Below, in pieces: positions 9,678-18,209 of a stretch of 64,000 nucleotides of DNA. Each line of letters begins with the position of its first letter. Within the stretch, counting starts at the first letter, position 1. Source of the DNA: an uncultured bacterium (GTDB lineage Bacteria; Babelota; Babeliae; Babelales; Babelaceae); assembly GCA_963717435.1 (NCBI GenBank), contig OY970332.1:256001-320000 (forward strand). The letters run 5' to 3'. A program made the position numbers and the translations under genes. Under the pieces are notes generated by a model. It worked only from the letters and a program-made list of their open reading frames with translations. It ran no database searches and was not told the origin of the DNA.

Positions 9678-10373
9678 ATGAAAAACATACTAAACAGCTT
9701 TTTAATAACAGTTTTATTGGCATCGCCAGTAGCGCAAGTTATTGCGCAGGAACAGACTCTCGAAGCTGTTGTTGTTGCTGAGAACAAACAACCAAACCAG
9801 GATCCGTTGAATAAAAAAGTTTTATCTTTTGTTAAAGAAAACCAAAATGCGATCAAATCTGCAGGCTTGCTTGGATATTCGGCATATATCGCTTTTAAAC
9901 TTGTCCAAGACTTAGGCTACGAGTATGCAAAAATATCAAACAAAGAATACAGAGGTTGGTACAAAGCTTTAGAACTAATGATAATTGAGTTTGGGTTTGT
10001 AATCTCCGGGTTAATGTCTGCGGGTTATGCGCTAGAACTATCCCCCGAAATTATTAAAAACTCACCCGAAATACTACAAAAAATAGAAAATAAAATTAAG
10101 ACAACCAAATCTGATATCTTTAATTGGATGAAGAATAATAAGAAAAAAAGCTTAACTGCCATAGCCTTCTTTTCGATGAAGAATACATTTGATGTTCTTG
10201 TTTTTTCAGTGCTTAAGGCGACACGCGATAAAAGACTCCTTGCTGGTACTAAAATGAGTTCTGAACAAATGGAAAAGTTTATGGACAATATACCTAATCT
10301 AGAAATTTTAATGGCTGCTTCTTCTGCGATATTGTCTGCAGGGCTTGCATATGACGTGGCTAAAAATAAATAA
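9678..10373 (+). CDS. Hypothetical exported multi-TM protein
   Basis: Signal peptide ending AQVIA-Q; several hydrophobic helices. Confidence 0.7.
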   Translation: MKNILNSFLITVLLASPVAQVIAQEQTLEAVVVAENKQPNQDPLNKKVLSFVKENQNAIKSAGLLGYSAYIAFKLVQDLGYEYAKISNKEYRGWYKALELMIIEFGFVISGLMSAGYALELSPEIIKNSPEILQKIENKIKTTKSDIFNWMKNNKKKSLTAIAFFSMKNTFDVLVFSVLKATRDKRLLAGTKMSSEQMEKFMDNIPNLEILMAASSAILSAGLAYDVAKNK

Positions 10374-10433
10374 GTAAATAATAATTATAATCTGCTATGC
10401 AAATGGCAAGTAATTATATTTAAAATAAAAATT

Positions 10434-10470
10434 AACAGAGGCGGCAAAATATTTTGCCGCCTCTGTTTTT
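10434..10470. terminator. Bidirectional terminator between convergent genes
   Basis: Perfect 34-bp palindrome AACAGAGGCGGCAAAAT/ATTTTGCCGCCTCTGTT plus T-tract. Confidence 0.85.
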
Positions 10471-10527
10471 GTATAACTTATTGTGTGTAAAATTTTAATA
10501 AATTAGTTAATACTAATTTATTAAAAT

Positions 10528-11214
10528 TTATTGACCCGCTGGAGCCGCAGGTTGAGATAAATTTTGTCCAGCAAGAGCAGCTTGCAAATTCTCAATATCA
10601 GATTGTTCAAGTGCAAGATGTCCAAGTGCTTTGTTTGTAAAGTTTTGCAATGATGCCAAGAATGCTGTTCTTGAATCAAGCATACCTTGATAGGTATTGC
10701 TAACTGTTGTTAGTTGGTTAATTATATCAGCCGCTTTTTGAGCATCGGAATTAACCAATGCTGCATACGATTGTTGTGCTGCAGCCAGCTCTGAATTTAG
10801 TTCTGTAATTTGTTGGTTTAAATCTGCAATTTCAGCCTGAGTTTGAGCAGTTAAATTATTAATCTGAGTCTGAAGCCCGGATATCACTGCAGCATCTTGA
10901 GTTGTTGTGTTAAGAGTGTCCGTTTGTGCTTGGGCCAACTGACTAGTTAGTTGAGCCACGTCAGACTGAACAACTTGGATCAAATTTTGACGCTCAGCAG
11001 CAACAGCATCAAATTGAGCAATATTAGAATCTAAATTACTTGCAAGTCCTTGGTAAAGTGTGATGTCATTTGCAAATGATTGTTCGATAGTCGAAAATGT
11101 TGTAAGCAAGCTTTCAACCTGATCAGCCCAATCTGATACATCCCGCATCGCAGCAGAAGAAAAACCTGGAACAAAAAGAGGTGCAATCAATAATAATTTA
11201 ATATTTAATTTCAT
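10528..11214 (-). CDS. Exported coiled-coil protein (Q/A/N/T/L-rich)
   Basis: Signal peptide ending FSSA; long heptad-like region. Confidence 0.8.
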   Translation of the reverse strand: MKLNIKLLLIAPLFVPGFSSAAMRDVSDWADQVESLLTTFSTIEQSFANDITLYQGLASNLDSNIAQFDAVAAERQNLIQVVQSDVAQLTSQLAQAQTDTLNTTTQDAAVISGLQTQINNLTAQTQAEIADLNQQITELNSELAAAQQSYAALVNSDAQKAADIINQLTTVSNTYQGMLDSRTAFLASLQNFTNKALGHLALEQSDIENLQAALAGQNLSQPAAPAGQ

Positions 11215-11323
11215 ACTATTCCCCGAAAATAAAATTTTTATTAATTTTTAATAATTGAACACAATAAATAATACTTTTTTAAAAAAAGTTGCCCTTTCTT
11301 ATTTTTACGAATTAAAAATCTTC

Positions 11324-11779
11324 TTACTCATGCGAACTTAATTGATCCACAAGCTTGGTTAACATAATAATGTCCTTTTGGTTCTTATTTGAAAATTTTG
11401 GAAGCTGATTAACCAAAAACTTTATTTTTGCCTGCAACTTCGTTTTTGCATCAAGATCCATATTAATTTTATCAACCTGTTCCCCAAGTTCAGTAAGTGT
11501 TAACTTGAATACATCTGATGTAATTTTAAGAGAGATCGATTCGTTTACCAATGTTAATATATTATTAAAAAGCTGCATCATAAGTTTGGGGTCAAGAGTT
11601 TGAGTGTTGGGGCTATCTGGCCAGAAAAGACCCTTCTCTTCATTTTGGTCCTGTCCCTCAACAGCAACATTCTCTGCAAAATGAGCTTTTTCAGAACTAT
11701 TTTCACAAATATTTTTTGTCGGAAAAAATAGAGCCAAAAACATAAAAACTAAGTTATGTCTAAAAACTTGCATAATCAT
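11324..11779 (-). CDS. Hypothetical exported protein
   Basis: Hydrophobic N-terminus, helical C-terminus. Confidence 0.6.
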   Translation of the reverse strand: MIMQVFRHNLVFMFLALFFPTKNICENSSEKAHFAENVAVEGQDQNEEKGLFWPDSPNTQTLDPKLMMQLFNNILTLVNESISLKITSDVFKLTLTELGEQVDKINMDLDAKTKLQAKIKFLVNQLPKFSNKNQKDIIMLTKLVDQLSSHE

Positions 11780-11858
11780 AAAAACCCTCTTTTTTTAACA
11801 ATCAAACTAAGACAACTTGAAGAGGGTAACACCCATTTTTTTCCAAAACAATATAAAA

Positions 11859-12941
11859 TCAAAAAAGTTTTGAAATTAAAGTCTCAACTTTAAAGTTATT
11901 GTAAACGATATTATATATCGCTTTGCATATTGGCAGATCTAGATTATTTTTTTCAAGAATTTCATTTATAGATTTTATAGTATTAGCGCCTTCGGGCACA
12001 AAATTCACCTCTTTTAAAATATCACAGATTTTTTCACCGCGGCCTATATTAAAGCCCACCTGTTTGTTACGCCCCTGCGACATAAATGCAGTCAAAACAA
12101 GGTCCCCAATCCCGGAAAGCAAATAAACTGATTCTGGATTACCGCCAAAATATTTTATTAGAGTTTTTATTTCGTTTATCGACTTATAAAAAAACAGCGC
12201 TTTGGTATTATCACTGTACCCGCACCCATCTAAAATTCCGACACCTAATGCTATTACGTTTTTAACTGCCCCGGCAACCTGAACGCCTATTATATCTTCT
12301 GTAAATTCAAGATAAATATTTAGCCCACCACCGCTCGATACATTTTTCTCAGCTTCGCCTTCGAAAACCACTCGGGGCGAGCGGGGACGAGTAAAATTCT
12401 GATCTGACAATTTGTTGTCAAACTTGTTATTAAGAATCTCAGAAATCGAAGTTGTAGCTGATTTGTCTTTTGATGCCAAAACTAAACCTGTTGGGTTTAA
12501 AAGTGCCAAATCAACAGCAAAGCTTGGGCCCGAAATTACAACAAGTTTTGCTTTAGAATTTATTTTTTCTATAACCTGAGTTGGCAAATCAAAACTACTG
12601 CCTGTCGTGCTGTTGGCAAGACCCTTGGTGAGCACACAAATAATTTTATTACCTAAAGAATCTGCTATATCGCGCAAGCTTGAATGCAAAAACTGCGCAG
12701 GAATAGCTTCAAAAATAATATCAGTATTATTTAATGCAGATTTAATATCTGTCGTGGCAAAAATTTTAGAATCTAGCTTAATATTGGGCAAATAAATATT
12801 ATTAGTTCTAGTTTTGATTATCTCATCATAAACTGTGCTGTTATAGCACCATAAATTAACTTCGTATCCATTTGAGGCAATAAATTGCGCAAATGCTGTT
12901 CCAAAGGCTCCATCACCGAGTACACATATCCGTTTTTTCAT
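11859..12941 (-). CDS. gpsA: NAD(P)H-dependent glycerol-3-phosphate dehydrogenase (with in-frame palindromic insert)
   Basis: GDGAFGTA, TKGL, ISGPSFA, GAVKNVIA, GIGDLVLT, GRN motifs. Confidence 0.95.
   Translation of the reverse strand: MKKRICVLGDGAFGTAFAQFIASNGYEVNLWCYNSTVYDEIIKTRTNNIYLPNIKLDSKIFATTDIKSALNNTDIIFEAIPAQFLHSSLRDIADSLGNKIICVLTKGLANSTTGSSFDLPTQVIEKINSKAKLVVISGPSFAVDLALLNPTGLVLASKDKSATTSISEILNNKFDNKLSDQNFTRPRSPRVVFEGEAEKNVSSGGGLNIYLEFTEDIIGVQVAGAVKNVIALGVGILDGCGYSDNTKALFFYKSINEIKTLIKYFGGNPESVYLLSGIGDLVLTAFMSQGRNKQVGFNIGRGEKICDILKEVNFVPEGANTIKSINEILEKNNLDLPICKAIYNIVYNNFKVETLISKLF
12324..12386 (-). repeat. Palindromic element copy B, in frame in gpsA
   Basis: 63 nt encoding PRSPRVVFEGEAEKNVSSGGG (codons 186-206). 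Confidence 0.9.
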
Positions 12942-13627
12942 GCTCCAAAATTCCTTTTACAATCTTCAAAAAAATTTAATGCTTGATCCAAATCTGAATC
13001 TATAAGATCGGGCCAGAGTTTATCAATAAAATAAAGTTCACTATAAGCTGCGTTATATAACAAAAAATTACTTAATCTGTGCATGCCACCCGTCCTGATA
13101 ATCAAATCAGGCGCTGGGGCTATGCTTGACCAAAGTAAATCCCCAAAACTTTTTTCGTTCAAACTAGCTATATCAAGTTTATTGTTTTGCACCAAGTTTA
13201 TAGCAGCTTTAACTCCAGCAACTATTTCTTGTTGGCCACCGTAACAGAACAAAATATTTAGATCTAAACTTTTACAGTCACTGGTTTTTTCTTCCAAATT
13301 TTCACTAGCTGATAAAACGTGCTCAGGGAAAAGGGATCTGTCTCCAACAAAATTTACTTTAACTTGGTTTTTTAATAAAAAATCTAAGTTTTTAGTTGCC
13401 TGGTCTATTAATAGCTCAAAAAGATAGGTTACTTCTTGTGGGGAGCGCTTAAAATTCTCTATTGAGAACGTATATAAAGATAAATATTTGATTCCCTTTT
13501 TTAAACAAAATTCAACTGCCATTTTTACAGTTTCAACCCCCTTGGAATGACCCTGCCAAGGCATAAGACTGTTTCTTTTTGCCCAACGCCGATTACCGTC
13601 CATAATTATAGCAAGATGTGAAATCAT
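12938..13627 (-). CDS. uppS: Undecaprenyl diphosphate synthase
   Basis: HLAIIMDGNRRWA, FSIENFKRS, DLIIRTGG, RLSNFLL. Confidence 0.97.
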   Translation of the reverse strand: MISHLAIIMDGNRRWAKRNSLMPWQGHSKGVETVKMAVEFCLKKGIKYLSLYTFSIENFKRSPQEVTYLFELLIDQATKNLDFLLKNQVKVNFVGDRSLFPEHVLSASENLEEKTSDCKSLDLNILFCYGGQQEIVAGVKAAINLVQNNKLDIASLNEKSFGDLLWSSIAPAPDLIIRTGGMHRLSNFLLYNAAYSELYFIDKLWPDLIDSDLDQALNFFEDCKRNFGA

Positions 13628-13818
13628 ATAAGCAAAACCAAGGTTTAAGGTGTTAATTTTTTTAACAAATTTACTGTAATAAGGGTAATTTTGCGCAAAA
13701 AAAAAGCAAATCTATGGGCCAAATTTATTTTTGAAATCAAATATTATTGACTATTTGAAATGAGATTATATAAAGTTAGTTGTAGAATGGACAAGTTTAA
13801 TCTAAATGGGATGGTTAT

Positions 13819-14628
13819 ATGAAAAATCTTAAAAATATTAATTTTAAAAATCTGTTTTTAACTCTAATCACAGTTTACACAAATAGTTCTTGCACAGACG
13901 GAAAAGCCGGGCAACAATTAACTGCCGCAGAAATATTCAAGCAGTCTCAAGAAATGGCCAGACAGCATCGATCTCGAGCAATAGAAGAATATGTCAGCGC
14001 GGCAGAAAAGAAAGTTGATGCAAAACTTAACGAAAATAGAAGAGCATTAATAGAGGCCATTATCGAAGGTGATCTGGAAACAATAAATTTTCTTTTTTAT
14101 AACAGAAAGATCGACCCTGAGTTGATCGACCAAACAACTGGAAAATCTGCTTTGCAGATCGCCGAAGATGAGCTAAGAAAACATGATACCGCTTATAGAA
14201 AACTTATAGTTGATAGAATAAAAAAAGAGATAAGTGAGAAAAATTTAAAACTTGGGACAAAAATACAAGGCTTTGAAGAGTTTGAAAACGTAAAACGATC
14301 GGAAGAACGCCCATTTTTGACTCTTTTGGTTAAAGATCTAAATGTCTACGTACAAAGATTTATTGAGAAGAAAATACAAGAACAAGATCTTAATAACGCG
14401 CTACAAGATTTTAAATATAACGTTTTTGAGTATATAGAAGACTATAACCCAACCGACAAAGACTTCAAAGAAGCAATTAAAATCGCCAAAGAATATGCAA
14501 GTGAATATCAAAAACAGGCGCAAAAGAACATGAGTTACACCCAATGGGCCACTTCGTATCTTTATGCTGACCCTGTCACTTCGTTTTGGACCAATGTTAT
14601 TAAAACTCTGCAGAGTCGTATAGAGTAA
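13819..14628 (+). CDS. Exported protein with ankyrin-like repeat
   Basis: Signal-like N-terminus; ALIEAIIEGDLETINFLF...IDPELIDQTTGKSALQIAE resembles an ankyrin repeat. Confidence 0.65.
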   Translation: MKNLKNINFKNLFLTLITVYTNSSCTDGKAGQQLTAAEIFKQSQEMARQHRSRAIEEYVSAAEKKVDAKLNENRRALIEAIIEGDLETINFLFYNRKIDPELIDQTTGKSALQIAEDELRKHDTAYRKLIVDRIKKEISEKNLKLGTKIQGFEEFENVKRSEERPFLTLLVKDLNVYVQRFIEKKIQEQDLNNALQDFKYNVFEYIEDYNPTDKDFKEAIKIAKEYASEYQKQAQKNMSYTQWATSYLYADPVTSFWTNVIKTLQSRIE

Positions 14629-14641
14629 GAGAGAAAAGCAT

Positions 14642-14738
14642 CCCGGCACCCTTCGATACATTCTTCTTCGCCAACCTGTTCTTCGAAGTTCGTAGAACGT
14701 AGTAGAAGGCTTCGAAGAACACTCAGGGCGAGCGCCGG
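14642..14738 (-). repeat. Palindromic element copy C with nested 33-nt hairpin
   Basis: Closely matches copy A apart from an insertion at 14675-14707. Confidence 0.9.
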
Positions 14739-14759
14739 ACGGCTATCGAACCTTAAAAA

Positions 14760-15452
14760 TTAATTTTCCAGAATTAAAAGTTTTGCTGAACGAGCCAATT
14801 CGCCAAATCTAGATTTAGCAAAAACAATTAACTTATACCCGGCGGTGATAAAGCCGGCAAGAATTAGGCGCTCCATCCATACTATTTTTGCCAAATTTGC
14901 CCACAAATTCACGTCAGATGGCACAGAATATATAAAAATCACAGTACCCACGGCATGGGCAATAAACGTCGATTTTAGAGCATTTAGGAATAGATTTTTA
15001 ATTCCCAGTGTAGATCCTAAAATAGCTATAACTACAGGTATAACCCAATAAAGAGCATAAGCTGGTATTTTAGACCCTACAGGGTTGGCTATAAATAAAG
15101 CTGCGCAGGTTAATGGGATAATATAGCTTACCAGGCTTGGAATCAGGTTTAAAACTCTATTTTTTGGCGTTAATAAAGCCAGGGATGCAAAAAAACTTGG
15201 GATATGATATACTGTCGATAATGAATATAAACTAAATTTAAAAGTAAAATTACTAATCGCCGACAGGACAAAGAGACTGATAATTCCAAATCCTCCCGTA
15301 AGCATTCCAGATATAGGCATTATAACTTGGCTGGCCAAGAAATTGCCCTTTATGGCGCCGAACATTGGCCCAATTTTTATAAATTTGCAGATAAAAAATA
15401 GTATAAAAAAGCCTAGAGCTGAGAAAACTTGTCGTTTAAATATCTTGAGCAT
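14760..15452 (-). CDS. Multi-pass membrane protein (possible ECF-type S component)
   Basis: 230 aa, about six to seven hydrophobic segments; function uncertain. Confidence 0.6.
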   Translation of the reverse strand: MLKIFKRQVFSALGFFILFFICKFIKIGPMFGAIKGNFLASQVIMPISGMLTGGFGIISLFVLSAISNFTFKFSLYSLSTVYHIPSFFASLALLTPKNRVLNLIPSLVSYIIPLTCAALFIANPVGSKIPAYALYWVIPVVIAILGSTLGIKNLFLNALKSTFIAHAVGTVIFIYSVPSDVNLWANLAKIVWMERLILAGFITAGYKLIVFAKSRFGELARSAKLLILEN

Positions 15453-15579
15453 ACTAAAACCTTTTTGTTATTTATGGTTAAGAATTTACAGTTTGCAGTT
15501 AGTTTAAATAGTTTACAAAATTTAAAAAATAAATTTAAAAATTTAAATAATAATAATTATAATAACCAAAAAAATAAAA

Positions 15580-16260
15580 GTGAAAAATATGAAAAGAGAA
15601 TTTAAGGCAATAATTTTTGATATGGACGGCACAATTGTCGACACCGAACATATCTGGGTCAACGCGACCAATCATCTAATACGTAGCAAAGTTGCCCACT
15701 ATCCTGATGATTTACAAAAAGAAGTAAATAGACAAACTCACGGGCTGGCTATACATAAAAGCTGCAAGATTATAAAAGATTTGATGAAACTTGAAGATAC
15801 ACTTGAAAGTTTAATGCAAGAAAAATCTAATATAGCTTCAAGCCTGTATCAGGACGGAATTAAATTTATAGAAGGGTTTCAGGAGTTTCACGAGCTTGTA
15901 CTGTCTCATGATCTAAAAACTGGTATAGCAACCAATGCTGATGACAGAACTTTAACAATCACCAACGAAAAGTTGCGACTTGATAGATTTTTCGGAGAAC
16001 ACATATACAACATTTCCCATGTTAACAACGTCTGTAAGCCAGATCCAGCTGTGTATTTACACGCAGCAAAACAGCTTGAAATAGACCCTCTATATTGCAT
16101 AGCAATCGAAGACTCTGCACATGGCGTTAAGGCTGCAAAAGCTGCCGGCATGTACTGTATTGGGATTAACACCCATGGCAAGCCTGAGCAGATAAAAGAA
16201 GCTGACGAGATTGTTAACAAATTTTCAGAAATCAATTTAAAAAAATTATTAAATAAGTAA
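15580..16260 (+). CDS. HAD-superfamily phosphatase (beta-PGM/YqaB-like)
   Basis: FDMDGTIVDT, ATN, KPDP, IEDSAHGVKAAKAAG; ATG at 15589 is an alternative start. Confidence 0.92.
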   Translation: MKNMKREFKAIIFDMDGTIVDTEHIWVNATNHLIRSKVAHYPDDLQKEVNRQTHGLAIHKSCKIIKDLMKLEDTLESLMQEKSNIASSLYQDGIKFIEGFQEFHELVLSHDLKTGIATNADDRTLTITNEKLRLDRFFGEHIYNISHVNNVCKPDPAVYLHAAKQLEIDPLYCIAIEDSAHGVKAAKAAGMYCIGINTHGKPEQIKEADEIVNKFSEINLKKLLNK

Positions 16261-16267
16261 CACGACT

Positions 16268-16330
16268 CTCCGCTCGCCCTGAGTGTTCTTCAAAGCCTTG
16301 GCGAAGAAGAACGTATCGAAGGGGAAGGGG
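16268..16330 (+). repeat. Palindromic element copy D (intergenic)
   Basis: CCGCTCGCCCTGAGTG-TTCTTC..GCCTTGGC..GAAGAA-CGTATCGAAGGGG. Confidence 0.9.
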
Positions 16331-16340
16331 ATAAAATAAC

Positions 16341-17045
16341 ATGAACGAACTAATATTTTTTATATACGTGATAATCTTAAGCGCAAGTTCGATTTTTGCT
16401 TTAAACTTGTCAAAAACTGCCCTTATAAGCTTTATTAGCTTGCAAGCTGTTCTGGCCAATTTATTTGTGACAAAACAGATAGTATTATTTGGGTTTATCG
16501 CGACAGCATCAGATGCATTGGCAGTTGGCTGCACACTCGGGCTTAATTTGGTTCAAGAATATTATGGAAAAACTGAAGCCCAAAAAGCTGTTAACGCAAG
16601 TTTTTTTACTCTTATTATTTACACTATTTTATCCCAACTTCACTTGAATTATATCCCTGCAAACTCAGATATTTCCCAAACATGCTACAATTTAATTTTA
16701 TCTGGCATGCCAAGAATTATAGTTGCATCTTTAACAGCTTATTTTGTTAGCCAAAATTTAGACTGCTGGCTCTACGCAAAGCTTCAAGAAAAGTTTAAGC
16801 ATAAAAATTTTACCTTAAAAAATTATATTTCAGTTTCTATTACCCAGCTACTGGACACAGTTATTTTTACTTTCTTAGGGCTGTATAAATTAAATTCAAG
16901 TTTTGAATCGATTAACACTATGTATCAAATAATATTTGTAAGTTATACTATAAAAATAACAACTATTTTGATTTCAGCCCCAGTTTTGACAATTTTTAAA
17001 AAACTAGCAAACAAAGCAAATAAAATAAGCAACACAGACAACTAA
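16341..17045 (+). CDS. yhhQ: Queuosine-precursor transporter (YhhQ/VUT family)
   Basis: ANLFVTKQI, QEYYGK, PRIIVASLTAYFVSQNLD, SITQLLDTVIF; directly upstream of tgt. Confidence 0.88.
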   Translation: MNELIFFIYVIILSASSIFALNLSKTALISFISLQAVLANLFVTKQIVLFGFIATASDALAVGCTLGLNLVQEYYGKTEAQKAVNASFFTLIIYTILSQLHLNYIPANSDISQTCYNLILSGMPRIIVASLTAYFVSQNLDCWLYAKLQEKFKHKNFTLKNYISVSITQLLDTVIFTFLGLYKLNSSFESINTMYQIIFVSYTIKITTILISAPVLTIFKKLANKANKISNTDN

Positions 17046-17048
17046 GAT

Positions 17049-18209
17049 ATGCAAGATAAAACCAACAGCAATTTCTCAAATAATTTTTTCAAATTTGAAA
17101 TTGTTCACCAATCAAAAAAATCTCGCGCTCGCGTCGGAAGAATTCACACTCCGCACGGGATAATTAACACCCCAGATTTTGTCGCAGTTGGCACAAATGG
17201 GACACTAAAAGCTGTCGAATCAAATATTGTTAATGATCTTGGTTTGCAACTAATGTTCTGTAACACTTATCACTTATTATTGCACCCGGGTCCTGATGTT
17301 GTAAAATCAGCAGGCGGGTTGCATAAATTTATTAACAGAAAACAGCCAATAATCACCGATTCTGGTGGATTTCAAGTTTTTAGTTTGTCTTACGGAACTG
17401 TAAAAGATGAGCTAAAAAGTAAGGGTCAAAAAAAACAAAATGGCTCAGTTGTAAAAATAACAGAAGAAGGCGTAATTTTTAGGTCTTATAGAGACGGCGA
17501 GCAAATATTATTAACTCCAGAGACATCTATACAAACCCAAAAATCTCTTGGCGCCGATATTATTATCCCCCTTGATGAGTTGCCTCCATATCATGTTGAA
17601 AAAAAATATTTAAAAAATTCTTTGGATAGAACCCACAGATGGGAAAAACGCTCACTTGATGAACATAAGAAAAATATTAATAATCAAGCGATATATTCTG
17701 TTATTCACGGTGGAATAGATCCAGAATTACGTTCACTAAGTTGCAAAATTTTAACAAATTTGGATTTTGATGGTTTTGCAATTGGTGGAAGCTTAGGAAA
17801 AAACAGGCAAGAGATGTTTGAAATGTTAAAATATTTGATGCCACAAATTCCTGAAGATAAGCCAAATCACTTACTTGGGATTGGCGATCTTGAATCGATT
17901 CCTGAAATTATTAAACTTGGCATAGATACTTTTGACAGCTCACATCCAACAAAGTGCGCACGTCATGGATTATTGTTTACTAAAAACAAAAATCTTAAAA
18001 TACTTCATGGCGAATATAAACGAGATTTTGGACCGATAGACGCAACTTGCAGCTGCATTGCTTGCACAAATTACTCACGAGCGTATATTCATCATCTTTT
18101 TAAAGCAAAAGAGATGACAGGCATAATTTTGGCAACAATTCATAATTTAGCTTTTATGATAGAATTAATGAAAAATTATAGAAACAATATTTTGGAGGAT
18201 TTAATCTAA
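17049..18209 (+). CDS. tgt: tRNA-guanine transglycosylase (Chlamydia-like)
   Basis: NTYHL, TDSGGFQVFSL, HLLGIG, DTFDS, Zn site CSCIAC...HN. Confidence 0.97.
   Translation: MQDKTNSNFSNNFFKFEIVHQSKKSRARVGRIHTPHGIINTPDFVAVGTNGTLKAVESNIVNDLGLQLMFCNTYHLLLHPGPDVVKSAGGLHKFINRKQPIITDSGGFQVFSLSYGTVKDELKSKGQKKQNGSVVKITEEGVIFRSYRDGEQILLTPETSIQTQKSLGADIIIPLDELPPYHVEKKYLKNSLDRTHRWEKRSLDEHKKNINNQAIYSVIHGGIDPELRSLSCKILTNLDFDGFAIGGSLGKNRQEMFEMLKYLMPQIPEDKPNHLLGIGDLESIPEIIKLGIDTFDSSHPTKCARHGLLFTKNKNLKILHGEYKRDFGPIDATCSCIACTNYSRAYIHHLFKAKEMTGIILATIHNLAFMIELMKNYRNNILEDLI

Noticed and set aside
16232-16534. Antisense ORF crossing element D (likewise 44526..44786 and 18364..18678)
   Set aside because: Shadow frames opposite well-supported genes; they only show the element lacks stops in some frames
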